DNA of 63,706 bases, filler included, from Octopus bimaculoides (lineage: Eukaryota): NCBI RefSeq assembly GCF_001194135.2. It is 7 parts of 7 records of this genome, joined end to end, with 100 filler letters (N's around TTAATTAATTAA, not from the genome) between each part and the next. Parts side by side here need not be neighbours in the genome. Positions count along the whole stretch, not along the records: positions 20,761 to 27,641 come from NC_068988.1; positions 27,742 to 39,682 come from NC_069004.1; 5 more parts are not named here. One strand, 5' to 3'. How positions within the stretch are numbered: position 1 is the first letter of the stretch; each line of letters begins with the position of its first letter. The notes below the pieces were generated by a model. That model saw only the letters and a program-made list of their open reading frames with translations, made no database searches and was not told the origin of the DNA. Below, one piece after another: positions 22,492 to 35,639 of this stretch. The position numbers and the translations under genes are program-made.

Positions 22492-22675
22492 GGTACTTTA
22501 AACCGCGTAGGATAATTTTGATGAACATGGAAGCTCATTAGATAGATAGATAAACAGACGGACTCCGTCTGTTTATCTATCTATCTGATGAGCTTCCATG
22601 TTCATCAGAATTATCCTACGCGGTTTTTGTCAGATCTAAGATTATTGTAGAGGACACAATTTTTAAAGTACCACA
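22489..22675. repeat. Palindromic hairpin element; near-perfect 63-bp arms at 22500-22626 inside a further 14-bp inverted repeat
   Basis: AAACCGCGTAGG...ACAGACGGA-C-TCCGTCTGT...CCTACGCGGTTT with 2 mismatches; TGTGGTACTTTAAA (22489-22502) pairs with TTTAAAGTACCACA (22662-22675). Confidence 0.92.
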
Positions 22676-23401
22676 TCATGGGATAGAATTTGAACACACG
22701 TAACACATCGTTATGAAACGAACTTTTTTAACACATGACCATGTCTTTGCCCATAAACTATCTGGCGTACCGGCAGTTTTTTTCCCAAGATGCTAGGGAC
22801 CGGTAATATTCCTTAGTAATATTAATTTATACCGGAAACAATATATATATAATGAATATAATAAAAGTTGACAATTTTTTTATCTTGCATTTATTTTGTA
22901 AACAAATAATACAATATTACATCAGCATTTTATAAGCATTTTATAATGTTTCTTTTTCTGGAAGCTCGCCGTGTACCGGCAGCTGATGGCTCGTGGACTG
23001 ACACCGGTCCGCGGGCCACCACTTAGAGAAGCACTACTGTATAGCATACATATCTAAAAAGCTTTCTGTTGAATGTCGAAAACTACTATNNNNNNNNNNN
23101 NNNNNNNNNNNNNNNNNNNNNNNNNNNNNNNNNNNNNNNNNNNNNNNNNNNNNNNNNNNNNNNNNNNNNNNNNNNNNNNNNNNNNNNNNNNNNNNNNNNN
23201 NNNNNNNNNNNNNNNNNNNNNNNNNNNNNNNNNNNNNNNNNNNNNNNNNNNNNNNNNNNNNNNNNNNNNNNNNNNNNNNNNNNNNNNNNNNNNNNNNNNN
23301 NNNNNNNNNNNNNNNNNNNNNNNNNNNNNNNNNNNNNNNNNNNNNNNNNNNNNNNNNNNNNNNNNNNNNNNNNNNNNNNNNNNNNNNNNNNNNNNNNNNN
23401 N

Positions 23402-23662
23402 AATCTTTTACTTCTTTCGGTCATTGGATCACGGCCATGCTGCAGCACTGCTTTGAAGAATTCAATCGAACAAATTAACACTCGAATTTATTTTTAATCC
23501 TGGTGCTTATTCTATAGATTTCCTTTAACTAAACCGCTGATGTTACGTGGACATAAACAAACCAGCACCGGTTGTCAAGCGGTGCGGGGAGGACAAACAC
23601 AAAGACACAAAGACAAGCACACATAGATATATACATATATCACCATATCTACTTTTCTATTG

Positions 23663-23705
<43 letters not shown>

Positions 23706-23875
23706 CGCGCGCGCGCATATACGATGGCTTTCTTTCAGTTTCCGTCTACAAAATCACTAGGCTTTGGTCGACCACAGGCTATAGTAGAAGACAATTCCCC
23801 AAGGTGCCACGCGCTGGAACTGAACTCAAGACCCTATGTTTGAGAAGCAAACTTCTCGATCACGCACCCGCACCG
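23402..23875 (-). mobile_element. SINE family A
   Basis: Full minus-strand copy with internal (GT)n. Confidence 0.8.
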
Positions 23876-23891
23876 AATGACGAAGGAGTTA

Positions 23892-23963
23892 TGAGCTCGA
23901 CGTCATACGAACATCTAGCCTTCTGATCTGGAGTCAGACGCGCTACAGTTGTACGACAAGGCC
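23892..23963 (-). pseudogene. tRNA-Trp(CCA) pseudogene
   Basis: 72 nt: GGCCTTGTCGTACAACTGTAGCGCG-TCTGA-CTCCAGA-TCAGA-AGGCTAGATGTTCGTATGACGTCGAGCTCA. The anticodon arm matches the metazoan tRNA-Trp arm exactly; D- and T-stems are broken. Confidence 0.8.
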
Positions 23964-24569
23964 AGTTGTATGCATAAAAATAATTAGAAATCAACTTGTC
24001 TTTCTTCTTCGCGATAGTTAGACGGAAATGATCGTTGTCTGTCAGCCTATGGGTTGTTAGTTTGAGCAAAGCCGAACTATTCACCAAAAATGCTGGTTAC
24101 AACGTCACAGCAGTAGTAAAAAACAAAAAAAACACATCCTTATTGCTGTGAGTAGTTGAAGGACGAAAGTTTTACTTGAGACTGCGTTTCTTCATCTGAA
24201 GGACATTCGGCTTTTCACTTGGCATTCAAGATCATCTGTGATTATTAGTTTGAGAAGATATGCTTTACGCTATGGGCAAATATTTAGAAAATTCTGGATT
24301 TTTCACATCAGTTTCGCCCTTGGAAAGAATCATTCGGTACTGCCACTTAAGGCCTAAAGTGGTTTCTTAAGAAAGTTTTATAAAAAGTGTTTTCACATTA
24401 TAAAAGAATGAGTTTTGGGATTAGATTATGTCACCTTCTGGACAATATCATCTGTTAATTCCATCTCCACAGATATTCCTTTTAGGTTCCACGGCTTAAA
24501 AATAGAATCCTTTTTAATTTCAAATCATGAAGGAATTAAGAGACTTTACTAATCTCAACCGACCATCAA

Positions 24570-24930
24570 GGTATAGCAGTGATCTTGCAGAATCATTGGG
24601 GTATCGGAAGAAATGCTTTCGGGTATTCCCTTTGATTCTTTACGTTCTGAGTTCAAGTCACACCGAGATCAACTTTGCATTTCGCTCTTTCAGGATCGAT
24701 AAAATAAAGTACCAGTTTAGTACAGATGTCGACGATATCATCTTACCCACTACCTTCAAAAGTGCTGACTGCGTTCTTAAATCAGAAACAATTTACAAGA
24801 TGGTGTACTGTATGCGGATCTACATGTGCACAGGATTTTGTTGAAAAAGGTCGACTTTACCCTTCATTCCTTTGAATCAATAAAATAAGTGCCAGTTGAG
24901 CACTGGGGTCGATGTAATCAACTTAACTAC
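24570..24930 (+). mobile_element. SINE family B, one degenerate copy plus a second 3' fragment
   Basis: ttacgttctgagttcaagtcacaccgagatcaactttgc...gatcgataaaataaagtaccag; ggtcgactttaccc...gagcactggggtcgatgtaatc. Confidence 0.7.
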
Positions 24931-25717
24931 TTTCAGGTATAAGTATAAAAAAAACTGCATCCTTCTACCAAGCTATGTCGAACAGTATGGCAGAGTTGGT
25001 TCATTAGACTAGCATGATCTCAAGTTCCAATTCACAGCCTACACATCAAAACATTGTTGGTGGAGAGATAATGCTGTGGCCTTCGTCCTGCAGTGGTCTG
25101 AACATAGGCAATCCAATCCCGTAGAGAGCGTCGGGAGATGAAAGGCTAGTATTTGTGGAGGTTATGAAGGCTTTAGTTACGAATTGTTTAAGGAGCAGAA
25201 AGAGCGTGGTGATATCAAGGATTTTTCTTGATATCCATACCAGCTAGATATCAAGTAGATGAATTTCCATCGATTTCGACGGTTAATATTCATTTTTTTT
25301 TTATTCGATCAGATACCGGCTTATTGAATTAGTGTGTAAGTGGCTGAGCATTCCACAGACACGTGTGCTCTCAATAAAATCTTTAGGCAGAATCAGGGTG
25401 ACAAGACTGGACATTTAAATTAGAGATACAACCTGGCTTCTGCACAGTTTCCGTCTAACCAATTTCACATATGGGTTTGAGTCACCCTGAGACTATGATC
25501 GGTGACACTCGCTCGAGATGATCGAACACAGAGACCTATGACTGTGAAGTGAACCTCTTGCCGATTCAGCCATGTTGTATCCAGCATAGTTGAATCATTA
25601 TTTCGAGATTTGGCCTTAAAATTTGTCTAATAATTTAAAACGAAACAATGTCTTGTTGAATGAAATAAATGTTAAATTGTTAAACCCCTGATAACAAAAA
25701 TATAAAAAATATGATTA

Positions 25718-25910
25718 TACGAGGGTGTGCTGAAAAGTTCGGGGCTATGACGATATCGCGAAAGGCTTGGTTGGAAACTTAGAAAAACTGAAGGACCGAT
25801 GCAAATCTGTGTGAATCTGCGAGCGAAACATGTTGAATGAAATCATAATTAACTGATCCACCTGTATTTTCTTTTACCCAAAGCCAGGAACTTTTCAGCA
25901 ACCCTTCGTA
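25718..25910. mobile_element. Mariner-derived MITE with TA TSDs
   Basis: TA-CGAGGGTGTGCTGAAAAGTTC ... GAACTTTTCAGCAACCCTTCG-TA; sister copy at 57204-57422. Confidence 0.85.
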
Positions 25911-26176
25911 TGTAATTACAAATTTAATAAATGTAATTAAATGTAATAAATATAGTTATATAATAATTTTAGATAATGTGTATTATAAAAAATAATAAAT
26001 ATGACTTAGAGCTTAATTAATAACGCATACATATACATACATACATTCATAAACGTATGTACGTCTTTGTGTGTGGGCGCACACGCGTACGTCGCCGTAC
26101 ATCCGTACAAGTAGGTGATACAGAGTTAGAAAATTTCCAAATGATGTTAAATAATAGAATATAAAAGTAGGTTTGT

Positions 26177-26430
26177 GGAGGCGCGTGACTTAGTGGTTAG
26201 GGTGTCAGCATCATGATCGTAAGATTGTGGTTTCGATTTCTGAACCGGGCGACGCGTTGTGTTCTTGAGCAAAACACTTCATTTCACGTTGCTCCAGTCC
26301 ACTCAGCTGGCAAAAATGAGTAACGCTACGATGGACTAGCGTCCCGTCCAGCTGGGGAACACATACGCCATTGAAACCGGGAAATCGGGCCCATGAGCCT
26401 GGCCAGGCTTTAAAAGGGCGCATTTATTTA
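26177..26430 (+). mobile_element. tRNA-headed SINE family C
   Basis: A box-like gtgacttagtgg, B box-like gtttcgatttc, core ttgagcaaaacacttcatttcacgttgctccagtccactcagctggc, short ttta tail. Confidence 0.85.
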
Positions 26431-26633
26431 TATTTATAAAAGCTAGTTTACTGCATACAAAGATGTATTATTGTTGCTGTTATTGTTGTCACTATTGATG
26501 TGTAGTACCAGCTGAGCCATGATCTATCTGATTACATGATCTGGTCATCAGCATTTTGTCCTGTCTTTTTGAATGTGAAGTGAACTTCTTGCCAATGTAT
26601 CGTCCCTTATCAATTTTAAAGATAGCATGGTGG

Positions 26634-27049
26634 CGGCGCTGGATTAACTATTCAGCAAAATAAGCAGGTGCTTAGGGAATCAAGGTGAGTCGGAACCCCA
26701 CAGAAATGGTAAATGGTTTACGGCACAAAAGTAATCACTTTAAATTTGCCAAAATAATATTCGAAGTGGTTTACGGGATCGAAAATATAATTTCGAAGTG
26801 TTTATGGTGTCACAGTCAGGATCTGATCAAAGACTTTGCAATTATATTTAGAAAAGGTAGGAGAAAACTTCGAAAAGTTTTCTCCGATACAAAAATAAAT
26901 GTTTTTTTTCTTTCTTACTGTTTTGGTCCATTAAAAAAAAAATAAATTATTTTATGGTTTATTATTGTTCATATTTTGAATTAGATGTATATAGGGGCGC
27001 CAAAATCTTTTAAGTGCTTAGGGCCTCTATGGGTCTTAATCCGATCCTG
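26634..27049. mobile_element. Possible old hAT-like MITE
   Basis: Degenerate TIRs CGGCGCTGGATTAA and TTAATCCGATCCTG, both close to CAGGGCCGGATTAA, with a repeated subterminal gtgcttaggg; no TSD found. Confidence 0.4.
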
Positions 27050-27582
27050 CAGGATAGGATGTGTGTGTGTGTGCGTATGTGTGTGCATGCATATATATNN
27101 NNNNNNNNATATATATATATATATATATACATAAATACTTTTTTTTTTAAACAATAGAAATATATCAAAAGCTGTTACTCAGAGTTTCACGTTCCCGTTC
27201 GTCGGACAATTAAAGTATTTGAGTACTCTTTTTTCCACCTTGTTTCACATTTATGTGCTTACGCCGGTATATATATATATATAATATACGCATATGTACA
27301 CACACACTCACATATAATATACGCATATGTGTATATATGTATATACATGTGTGTGTGTGTGTGTGTGTTACATATATATTTATATATAGATTCTTTCATA
27401 AACGTAAATACACACACACATACACACTTATGCAGAAACTCTCATGAAATATAAATGCAATTATATGCAGTGGTGCTCGCGTAAGAGACACAAAGAAAGA
27501 AAGAATGAAACAATGAGAGAGAGAGAAAGAGCGAGAGAGAGAGAGAGAGAGAGAGAACGAAAATGGAAAAGGTAAAACTCAG

Positions 27583-27619
<37 letters not shown>

Positions 27620-28090
27620 AATGGAAAAGGTAAAACTCAGGNNNNNNNNNNNNNNNNNNNNNNNNNNNNNNNNNNNNNNNNNNNNTTAATTAATTAANNN
27701 NNNNNNNNNNNNNNNNNNNNNNNNNNNNNNNNNNNNNNNNNTTCTTCTTCTTCTTCTTCTTCTTCTTTGTCTTAGTTTTTTTTTCTTCTGTTTTTCTCTT
27801 TCCTTCTTCTCCAATCAACTACAGCAGTAATACCACCACCAGCAACAGCAACAACAGTAACAGCAATCATAAACATAAACAATACATTGACATCATAAAT
27901 TAAGAAATTAATAATAACATTTACAACAACAACATTCTTAACACGACACACCATTTTAACAGCAATGACATTATCGTTAACAACGTTATCAACGTTAACC
28001 GCGTCAACATTAGCAACGTTAACAGCAATAGCAACAAAGGCGGAGACAACAACAACGTAAACAACATACTACTACTACTACTACTACTAT

Positions 28091-28121
<31 letters not shown>

Positions 28122-28674
28122 ACTGCAACTGCTGTTGCTGCTATTAGATAACGCTTCATCTGGGCCCACAAAAACAACGGCGGAGCTTTGATGTGGTTAC
28201 TTGATCAGGTGGAAACCGCAGCCAAACGTCCCTCATTGTTGCTTAAATCCCAGTAATTGACCACTCTTGGGCTAAAAATGAAGAGTGGTGGACAGTTTGA
28301 CCATAGCTAGAACTATTCCTGAGTTTTCATCTCAGGTCCCCTCAATCATAATTGTCCCAGGAATAAACGAGAGTAACAACAACAGCAGCAGCAACAGAAG
28401 CAGCAGCAATGATAATCCTGAACACCTCAGCACAGGTAAACCTCCCCTACATCGAAACCACAAGGTACCCAAAATTTGATAAAAAGAATTCTTTTATTTG
28501 AAAGTGTCACTCCAAATTCATCAAGATGGGCAATGTGGTGGGTTTGAACCATCTCTATCTCTCTCTCTCTCTCCTTCTCTCCCTCTCTGCTTATCACATA
28601 GGACAGGGGGCCCCAACCACCGCGCCGCGGACCAGTATTAGGCCCCTCATAAAAGGTGATTTTAAAAATGTTAT

Positions 28675-29060
28675 AGGCGCAGGAGTGGCTGTGTGGTAAG
28701 TAGCTTGCTTACCAACCACATGGTTCCGGGTTCAGTCCCACTGCGTGGCACCTTGGGCAAGTGTCTTCTACTATAGCCTCGGGCCGACCAAAGCCTTGTG
28801 AGTAGATTTGCTAGATGGAAACTGAAAGAAGCCTGTCGTATACATGTATATATATGTTTGTTCCCCCAACATCGCTTGACAACCGATGGTGGTGTGTTTA
28901 TGTCCCCGTAACTTAACGGTTCGGCAAAAGAGACCGATATAATAAGTACTAGGCTTACAAAGAATAAGGCCTGGGGTCGATTTGCTCGACTAAAGGTGGT
29001 GTTCCAGTATGGCCGCAGTCAAATGACTGAAACAAGTAAAAGAGTAAAAGAGTAAAGAGT
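28675..29060 (+). mobile_element. SINE family A, best-preserved copy
   Basis: aggcgcaggagtggctgtgtggtaag (A box-like), ggttcagtccc (B box-like), central TA-rich tract, tail gtaaaagagtaaaagagt. Confidence 0.9.
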
Positions 29061-30457
29061 ACTGTTGCAGGTTGCAGAATGTTTTTATTTGATGTATGTA
29101 ATAATATATGTAACAACAATTTCAAATTTTGGCATGAGGCCAGCAGTTCGGAGGGGAAGTTAAGTCGATTACGTCGACCCCAGTTTTCAACTGGTACTTA
29201 TTTTATCGACTCCGAAAGGATGANNNNNNNNNNNNNNNNNNNNNNNNNNNNNNNNNNNNNNNNNNNNNNNNNNNNNNNNNNNNNNNNNNNNNNNNNNNNN
29301 NNNNNNNNNNNNNNNNNNNNNNNNNNNNNNNNNNNNNNNNNNNNNNNNNNNNNNNNNNNNNNNNNNNNNNNNNNNNNNNNNNNNNNNNNNNNNNNNNNNN
29401 NNNNNNNNNNNNNNNNNNNNNNNNNNNNNNNNNNNNNNNNNNNNNNNNNNNNNNNNNNNNNNNNNNNNNNNNNNNNNNNNNNNNNNNNNNNNNNNNNNNN
29501 NNNNNNNNNNNNNNNNNNNNNNNNNNNNNNNNNNNNNNNNNNNNNNNNNNNNNNNNNNNNNNNNNNNNNNNNNNNNNNNNNNNNNNNNNNNNNNNNNNNN
29601 NNNNNNNNNNNNNNNNNNNNNNNNNNNNNNNNNNNNNNNNNNNNNNNNNNNNNNNNNNNNNNNNNNNNNNNNNNNNNNNNNNNNNNNNNNNNNNNNNNNN
29701 NNNNNNNNNNNNNNNNNNNNNNNNNNNNNNNNNNNNNNNNNNNNNNNNNNNNNNNNNNNNNNNNNNNNNNNNNNNNNNNNNNNNNNNNNNNNNNNNNNNN
29801 NNNNNNNNNNNNNNNNNNNNNNNNNNNNNNNNNNNNNNNNNNNNNNNNNNNNNNNNNNNNNNNNNNNNNNNNNNNNNNNNNNNNNNNNNNNNNNNNNNNN
29901 NNNNNNNNNNNNNNNNNNNNNNNNNNNNNNNNNNNNNNNNNNNNNNNNNNNNNNNNNNNNNNNNNNNNNNNNNNNNNNNNNNNNNNNNNNNNNNNNNNNN
30001 NNNNNNNNNNNNNNNNNNNNNNNNNNNNNNNNNNNNNNNNNNNNNNNNNNNNNNNNNNNNNNNNNNNNNNNNNNNNNNNNNNNNNNNNNNNNNNNNNNNN
30101 NNNCTCATGTGTCTATTCCCTGCTGAGGTTACCATGGTCTTTTCCGTAGGCTTTTCTCCCCATGGATAGACCTAATGTTACCCCATTTTACACAATTGAC
30201 ATTTTCTGTGATATACGATACCTTTTTTTTTTTTCTGCCCCTACCGATCCCTTTTGATCGGATTTGTTAATTTTTATTTTATTATTATTTTTTTAAGAAA
30301 AGCTCTACAGTTGTATTTGTCCCCTCTGTGTGCAGCCCTGTGTGGCTAATAAAAGAAAGTTATCTATCGTTCTGTCTGTGTATGTATCTATCTATCTGTC
30401 TATCTATCTATATAGCTATCTAGCTACATTTGTATGTATGTATGCATGCATGTATGT

Positions 30458-30511
<54 letters not shown>

Positions 30512-30757
30512 ATTAGATAAAAATAGTTATGGCCGGTCTATGGGTTTACTCCGGGATTCACGTCCATAAAGTGCTTCGCTTTACCTCATAGACCGCCATA
30601 ACTATCTTTATCTAGTTATTCTACTGTTCTACAGCTAAGAGTGTGCTTCGCTTTCGGATTTATTATTTACTGACGATATACACATACGTATATGTCTATA
30701 CATACATACATACATACATACATACATACATACATACATGCATGCATACATACATAT

Positions 30758-31559
30758 ATAAGGTGTGGGGAATAAATTGTCGTCTAAATTACGCAAAAAT
30801 GAAAATAACACTGACATCTCATTTTGACAGATATATTTACCAAAATTACATAAAAATATCTTGAAATACGAAAGAGTAAATTCATTCAATAAAATCGCCA
30901 TTTGCAACAACCACAGCCTCTAGATGACTTTGGAATCTCCGGCAGCTCTTCTAGGCGGTCTCCTTGTTTAAGTTGGTGAATGCTGCCATAATCCTTGCCT
31001 TCAGTTCATCTTTGGTGTTACAAAGAGTTTTGTTGGTCACTCGCTCAACTGCGTTCCAAACATAATAATCAAGGGGATTGCAGTCTGGGGAGATGTTAAG
31101 GGTGGTGTGGTCGCAGAAACTGTGACAGCCATAACTGGGTTCTCCTGCTTGTGTGGCATGGTGCAGAGTCCTGTTGCCAGATATAGGGTCTTCTAGAAGC
31201 CACTCTCATGAGCCAGGGCAGCACTACCTTCTCTAGGCACTTGATGTAGGCCACCACGTTGAGTCTGAGGCCGTGTGGAAAGATCAATAGAGACATAACG
31301 TTTTGGGAACAGGGAAGCCAACGGTTGTTCTGTGTGTTCATCATCTATTCGTATTGAAGCTTCCGGCGCGAATGCCAAGCAGTACAGCGTGTCGTTTCCA
31401 AATTTCTGGTAGAGTGAATTAAGTCAAGATGCTGTTTTTCTCACGGATGGTACCCAACTGACTCTACTACACTTTGTAGTCGACGAAATCAAAAAGAAAC
31501 AATGCGCATGCGCGAAATTAGAAATATAAAATGACGACAATTTACCCATCGTACCTTGT
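30758..31559 (-). mobile_element. Internally deleted Tc1/mariner-superfamily element, maT-like (third catalytic residue D)
   Basis: Minus strand: N-terminal KRHAVLLGIRAG, then a jump to GLRLNVVAYIKCLEKVVLPW..PYIWQQDSAPCHTSRRTQLWL, SPDCNPLDYYVWNAVE, NTKDELKARI..HLEAVVVANGDFIE. Degenerate TIRs AAGGT-N8-TAAATTGTCGTC at 30760-30784 and 31533-31557. Confidence 0.85.
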
Positions 31560-31572
31560 GTCTGTGTGAGTG

Positions 31573-31689
<117 letters not shown>

Positions 31690-31806
31690 ATGAATCTATG
31701 AATCAGTTACAACAGTCTCTTACTCGTGTCTATCGAAGATCGCAGATTTCCGCTCAGATAACAACCTGAAACCTTAACATGGATTTTACAGTCTACTTAA
31801 CTCTGC

Positions 31807-31841
<35 letters not shown>

Positions 31842-31987
31842 GCACGCATACACACTCGTGCAAGCAGGCGCATAGATTTTTATACAGACTATTTCTGTGT
31901 ATGTATATTTATATGTCTCTTTCTCTGTCTCTTTGTCTCTGTCTCTGGCTCTGCTTCTCTCTTTCTCTTTCTCTCTTTCACTGTCAC

Positions 31988-32033
<46 letters not shown>

Positions 32034-32320
32034 CTCTCTGTCTCTCTCTCTCTCTGTCTCTCTCTCTCTCCCTCTCTGTCTCTCTCTCTCTAACTCTGCG
32101 TATGTAGATTATGTATATGTAAGAAATATTTACGTTATATATATATAAACACATATACCTACCTGTATACGGTATATCCACATATACACACAAACACACA
32201 TACGCACAGTTACACAATCATACCCACACACACACATATATATATATATACATACATAAATACATGCATGTATGTATACATATATAGAAACATATATATG
32301 TATATATATAGATTCCAAAG

Positions 32321-32363
<43 letters not shown>

Positions 32364-32788
32364 NNNNNNNNNNNNNNNNNNNNNNNNNNNNNNNNNNNNN
32401 NNNNNNNNNNNNNNNNNNNNNNNNNNNNNNNNNNNNNNNNNNNNNNNNNNNNNNNNNNNNNNNNNNNNNNNNNNNNNNNNNNNNNNNNNNNNNNNNNNNN
32501 NNNNNNNNNNNNNNNNNNNNNNNNNNNNNNNNNNNNNNNNNNNNNNNNNNNNNNNNNNNNNNNNNNNNNNNNNNNNNNNNNNNNNNNNNNNNNNNNNTAT
32601 ATATATATATATACATGGATATATATGTATAGCTACATCTCTATAATATACATATACATAAACATACCTACATACGTACATACATATCCACATATTCAAT
32701 TAGATATTTAGAGTCTGTACATAAACACTCAGGTAAGTCAATAAATGTTGCCAGACTAAAAAAATATTTTTGTGTTTGTTGTTGGTGT

Positions 32789-32898
<110 letters not shown>

Positions 32899-33073
32899 TT
32901 GTTTTTGTTTTTGTTGTTGCTGTTGTTGACCAAGATTTATACATGCTATAATGTTCCCTATATACGATGTTGAAACCCTTAGGTTAATTTTAGTTTCCAT
33001 CCCGTGCAGACTTTTACTTATATATATATATATCTATATATATATATACTTTTCCGTCTACAATTACATACAT

Positions 33074-33110
<37 letters not shown>

Positions 33111-33362
33111 TGTTTTGCAAGATTTTTGATGTGAAATCGTGTGTTGAAACAGATGTTGTTGTACTTGCAATATGACCATCCCCAAGTACAACNNNNNNNN
33201 NNNNNNNNNNNNNNNNNNNNNNNNNNNNNNNNNNNNNNNNNNNNNNNNNNNNNNNNNNNNNNNNNNNNNNNNNNNNNNNNNNNNNNNNNNNNNNNNNNNN
33301 NNNNNNNNNNNNNNNNNNNNNNNNNNNNNNNNNNNNNNNNNNNNNNNNNNNNNNNNNNNNNN

Positions 33363-33413
<51 letters not shown>

Positions 33414-33454
33414 CATGCTTTTCCGTGTATATATATGCTTGCAGGCATAATCGT

Positions 33455-33870
33455 CTTTTATCTTTTACTTGTTTCAGTCACTTGACTGTGGCCATGCTGG
33501 GGCACCGTCTTGAAGAATTTCTAGTCGAATGAATCGACCCTAGTATTTAAATTTTTTTTAAGCCTCGCATTTATTCTATCGGGTGTTTCGCCGAACTGCT
33601 AAGTTATAGCGACGTAAACATCAACATCGGTTGTCAATCGGTGAGGTGGGGTGGGGGGATAATCACAGACACAAAGACAGACACACATAGACATATATAT
33701 ATATATATATATACATATATACAATGGGTTTCTTACAGTTTCCTCATTCCAAATCCATTCACGGGGCTGTGGTCGGCCCGAAGGTAGAGTACGAAACACT
33801 TACCCATGCAGTGGGAGTGAACCTCGAACCATGTGGTTTGGAAACAAACTTCTTACCACACAGGCACGCC
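33455..33870 (-). mobile_element. SINE family A, degenerate
   Basis: ttttacttgtttcagtcacttgactgtggccatgctggggcaccg... through accatgtggtttggaaacaaacttcttaccacacaggcacgcc. Confidence 0.75.
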
Positions 33871-33968
33871 TGTTCCTACATGCATAATATTTTACTCACG
33901 TGTACATATATGTTGGGTTGGAGTGAATGTGTGCTATATATGCACACACACACACACACACACACACA

Positions 33969-34013
<45 letters not shown>

Positions 34014-34129
34014 GTACACACTCGCGCCGATACTAAGAAAAATAGACCTACATATATGTTCGTCCGTTGTTGACGACGATGACCAAGGACATCACGTGGG
34101 TAAAGAAGACGGGACATAGTGTGTCCGGC

Positions 34130-34375
34130 TGTGACCAATCAGTTCGATGGAAGACCAGCATTCACCCATGTATACCACGACACCTGTGTTACCCAAGAGA
34201 AAGGCAAAAGCCGATACAGCTTGACGTTGCAACTCATTTCTACAGATGAGTGAACTAGAACAACGTGAAATAAAGTGTCTTACTCAAGAATACAACACAC
34301 AGCTCGGTTCAAGAATCGAACTCAGTACCTCATGATTGTGAGCCTGATGCTCTAACCACTGAACCATGCGCCTTC
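34130..34375 (-). mobile_element. SINE with a family C-type tRNA head
   Basis: Reverse complement begins gaaggcgcatggttcagtggttagagcatcagg...gagttcgattcttgaaccgag...ttcttgagtaagacactttatttcacgttg. Confidence 0.7.
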
Positions 34376-35639
34376 ACGTATGTACATATGTTTATGTATA
34401 AGCAGTCTTCTGTGCTGCGCGGACAACCTTATTGTGTTGCGTAAGTTTTAATAAACACACACAGGCAGCAACATCAAAAGAGATGGTTCGGTCACAGCTG
34501 GAACGCCTTTAATTTTGTCTCTGCTCCATCTGTGTTTCCCTCTATTTCAGCATCAATAACATCGGCTGTAACAACCTCATACCAATAAATGTCTCAAAGA
34601 ATCAAAGGGAATATTTAAAATCTAATACCAGACAATATATTTGGAATATTCCTTACAAAGGATGTCAGTATACTAGAAAACTTAAAACTGGAATTAATAA
34701 AGTCAGAAAATGTGTAACAGTTGAAGAATTGAGAAGTGATAGACCAGTGATAGACCAGTGATAGACCAGTGATTCTCAACTAACGTCCAGATGACTATTG
34801 CGGGATCATGTAAGATTGTGTTGTTAAATTTTATGTACAATAAATTGATTACACTTCTACAATGAACAAAATATTTTAACAATTATTTTAGACATTTGTT
34901 CTGGGCTGCAATTTTATTATCAGTACGAATAGGTTTGTTGCACGTTCGAACTGGGGAACAAGCTACTCACTGCGTTTTGTCACGGAAAATATATCTCGCT
35001 TGTTGACAGATGGTGTATATACACCTAGATCAGCTCGGAGCGCCATCTACCTAAAGATGTCATCTAATAACAGATCAATCTTGGGCATAGCTTCTGGATA
35101 ATACAAAGAATCGATAGTCTTTACTGGTAGCAGATGAAAATCTGGTGCTGACTATTTGACACAACTAGCAGTAGTCTAAAAAAAATTACTGATAGTAGTG
35201 TGAGATCTATCACTAGTTATAGGATACTATAAAACATCAAGAAAGAGCTAACTAGTATCAATGAAAGATCTCTGGCTACTTGCCAACAGATTTCTTATTT
35301 GTTGCAACACAAGACCAAATATTCATTACTGTTGGTTACAAGTGGCCAACCTGCTGTGCAGTGGTAGACCAAGATCAAGTAGACCAAGATCAAGCACGGC
35401 TACTAGACATTACAGCGAACCAGCAGTGATCTACAGTGATCCGACCAATATTAAACCTTCTTTACTAGTTAGTACAATGGACAAATATGACATGTATTGA
35501 CACACGAAGATCAAATACTGACTACTAAACACTATAAAAGTCTAACAGAAGTTACCTGGCTACGAGACACGATCAGGCACTAAATGGTACATACTGTCAA
35601 AGATTCATGAAAGAGTCTACAGATAGCAAGCCAAGTGCG

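Noticed and set aside
27521-27641. Tandem copy of (GA)n-ACGAAAATGGAAAAGGTAAAACTCAGG
   Set aside because: Ends directly at an artificial join and is anchored in a microsatellite; likely an assembly duplication.
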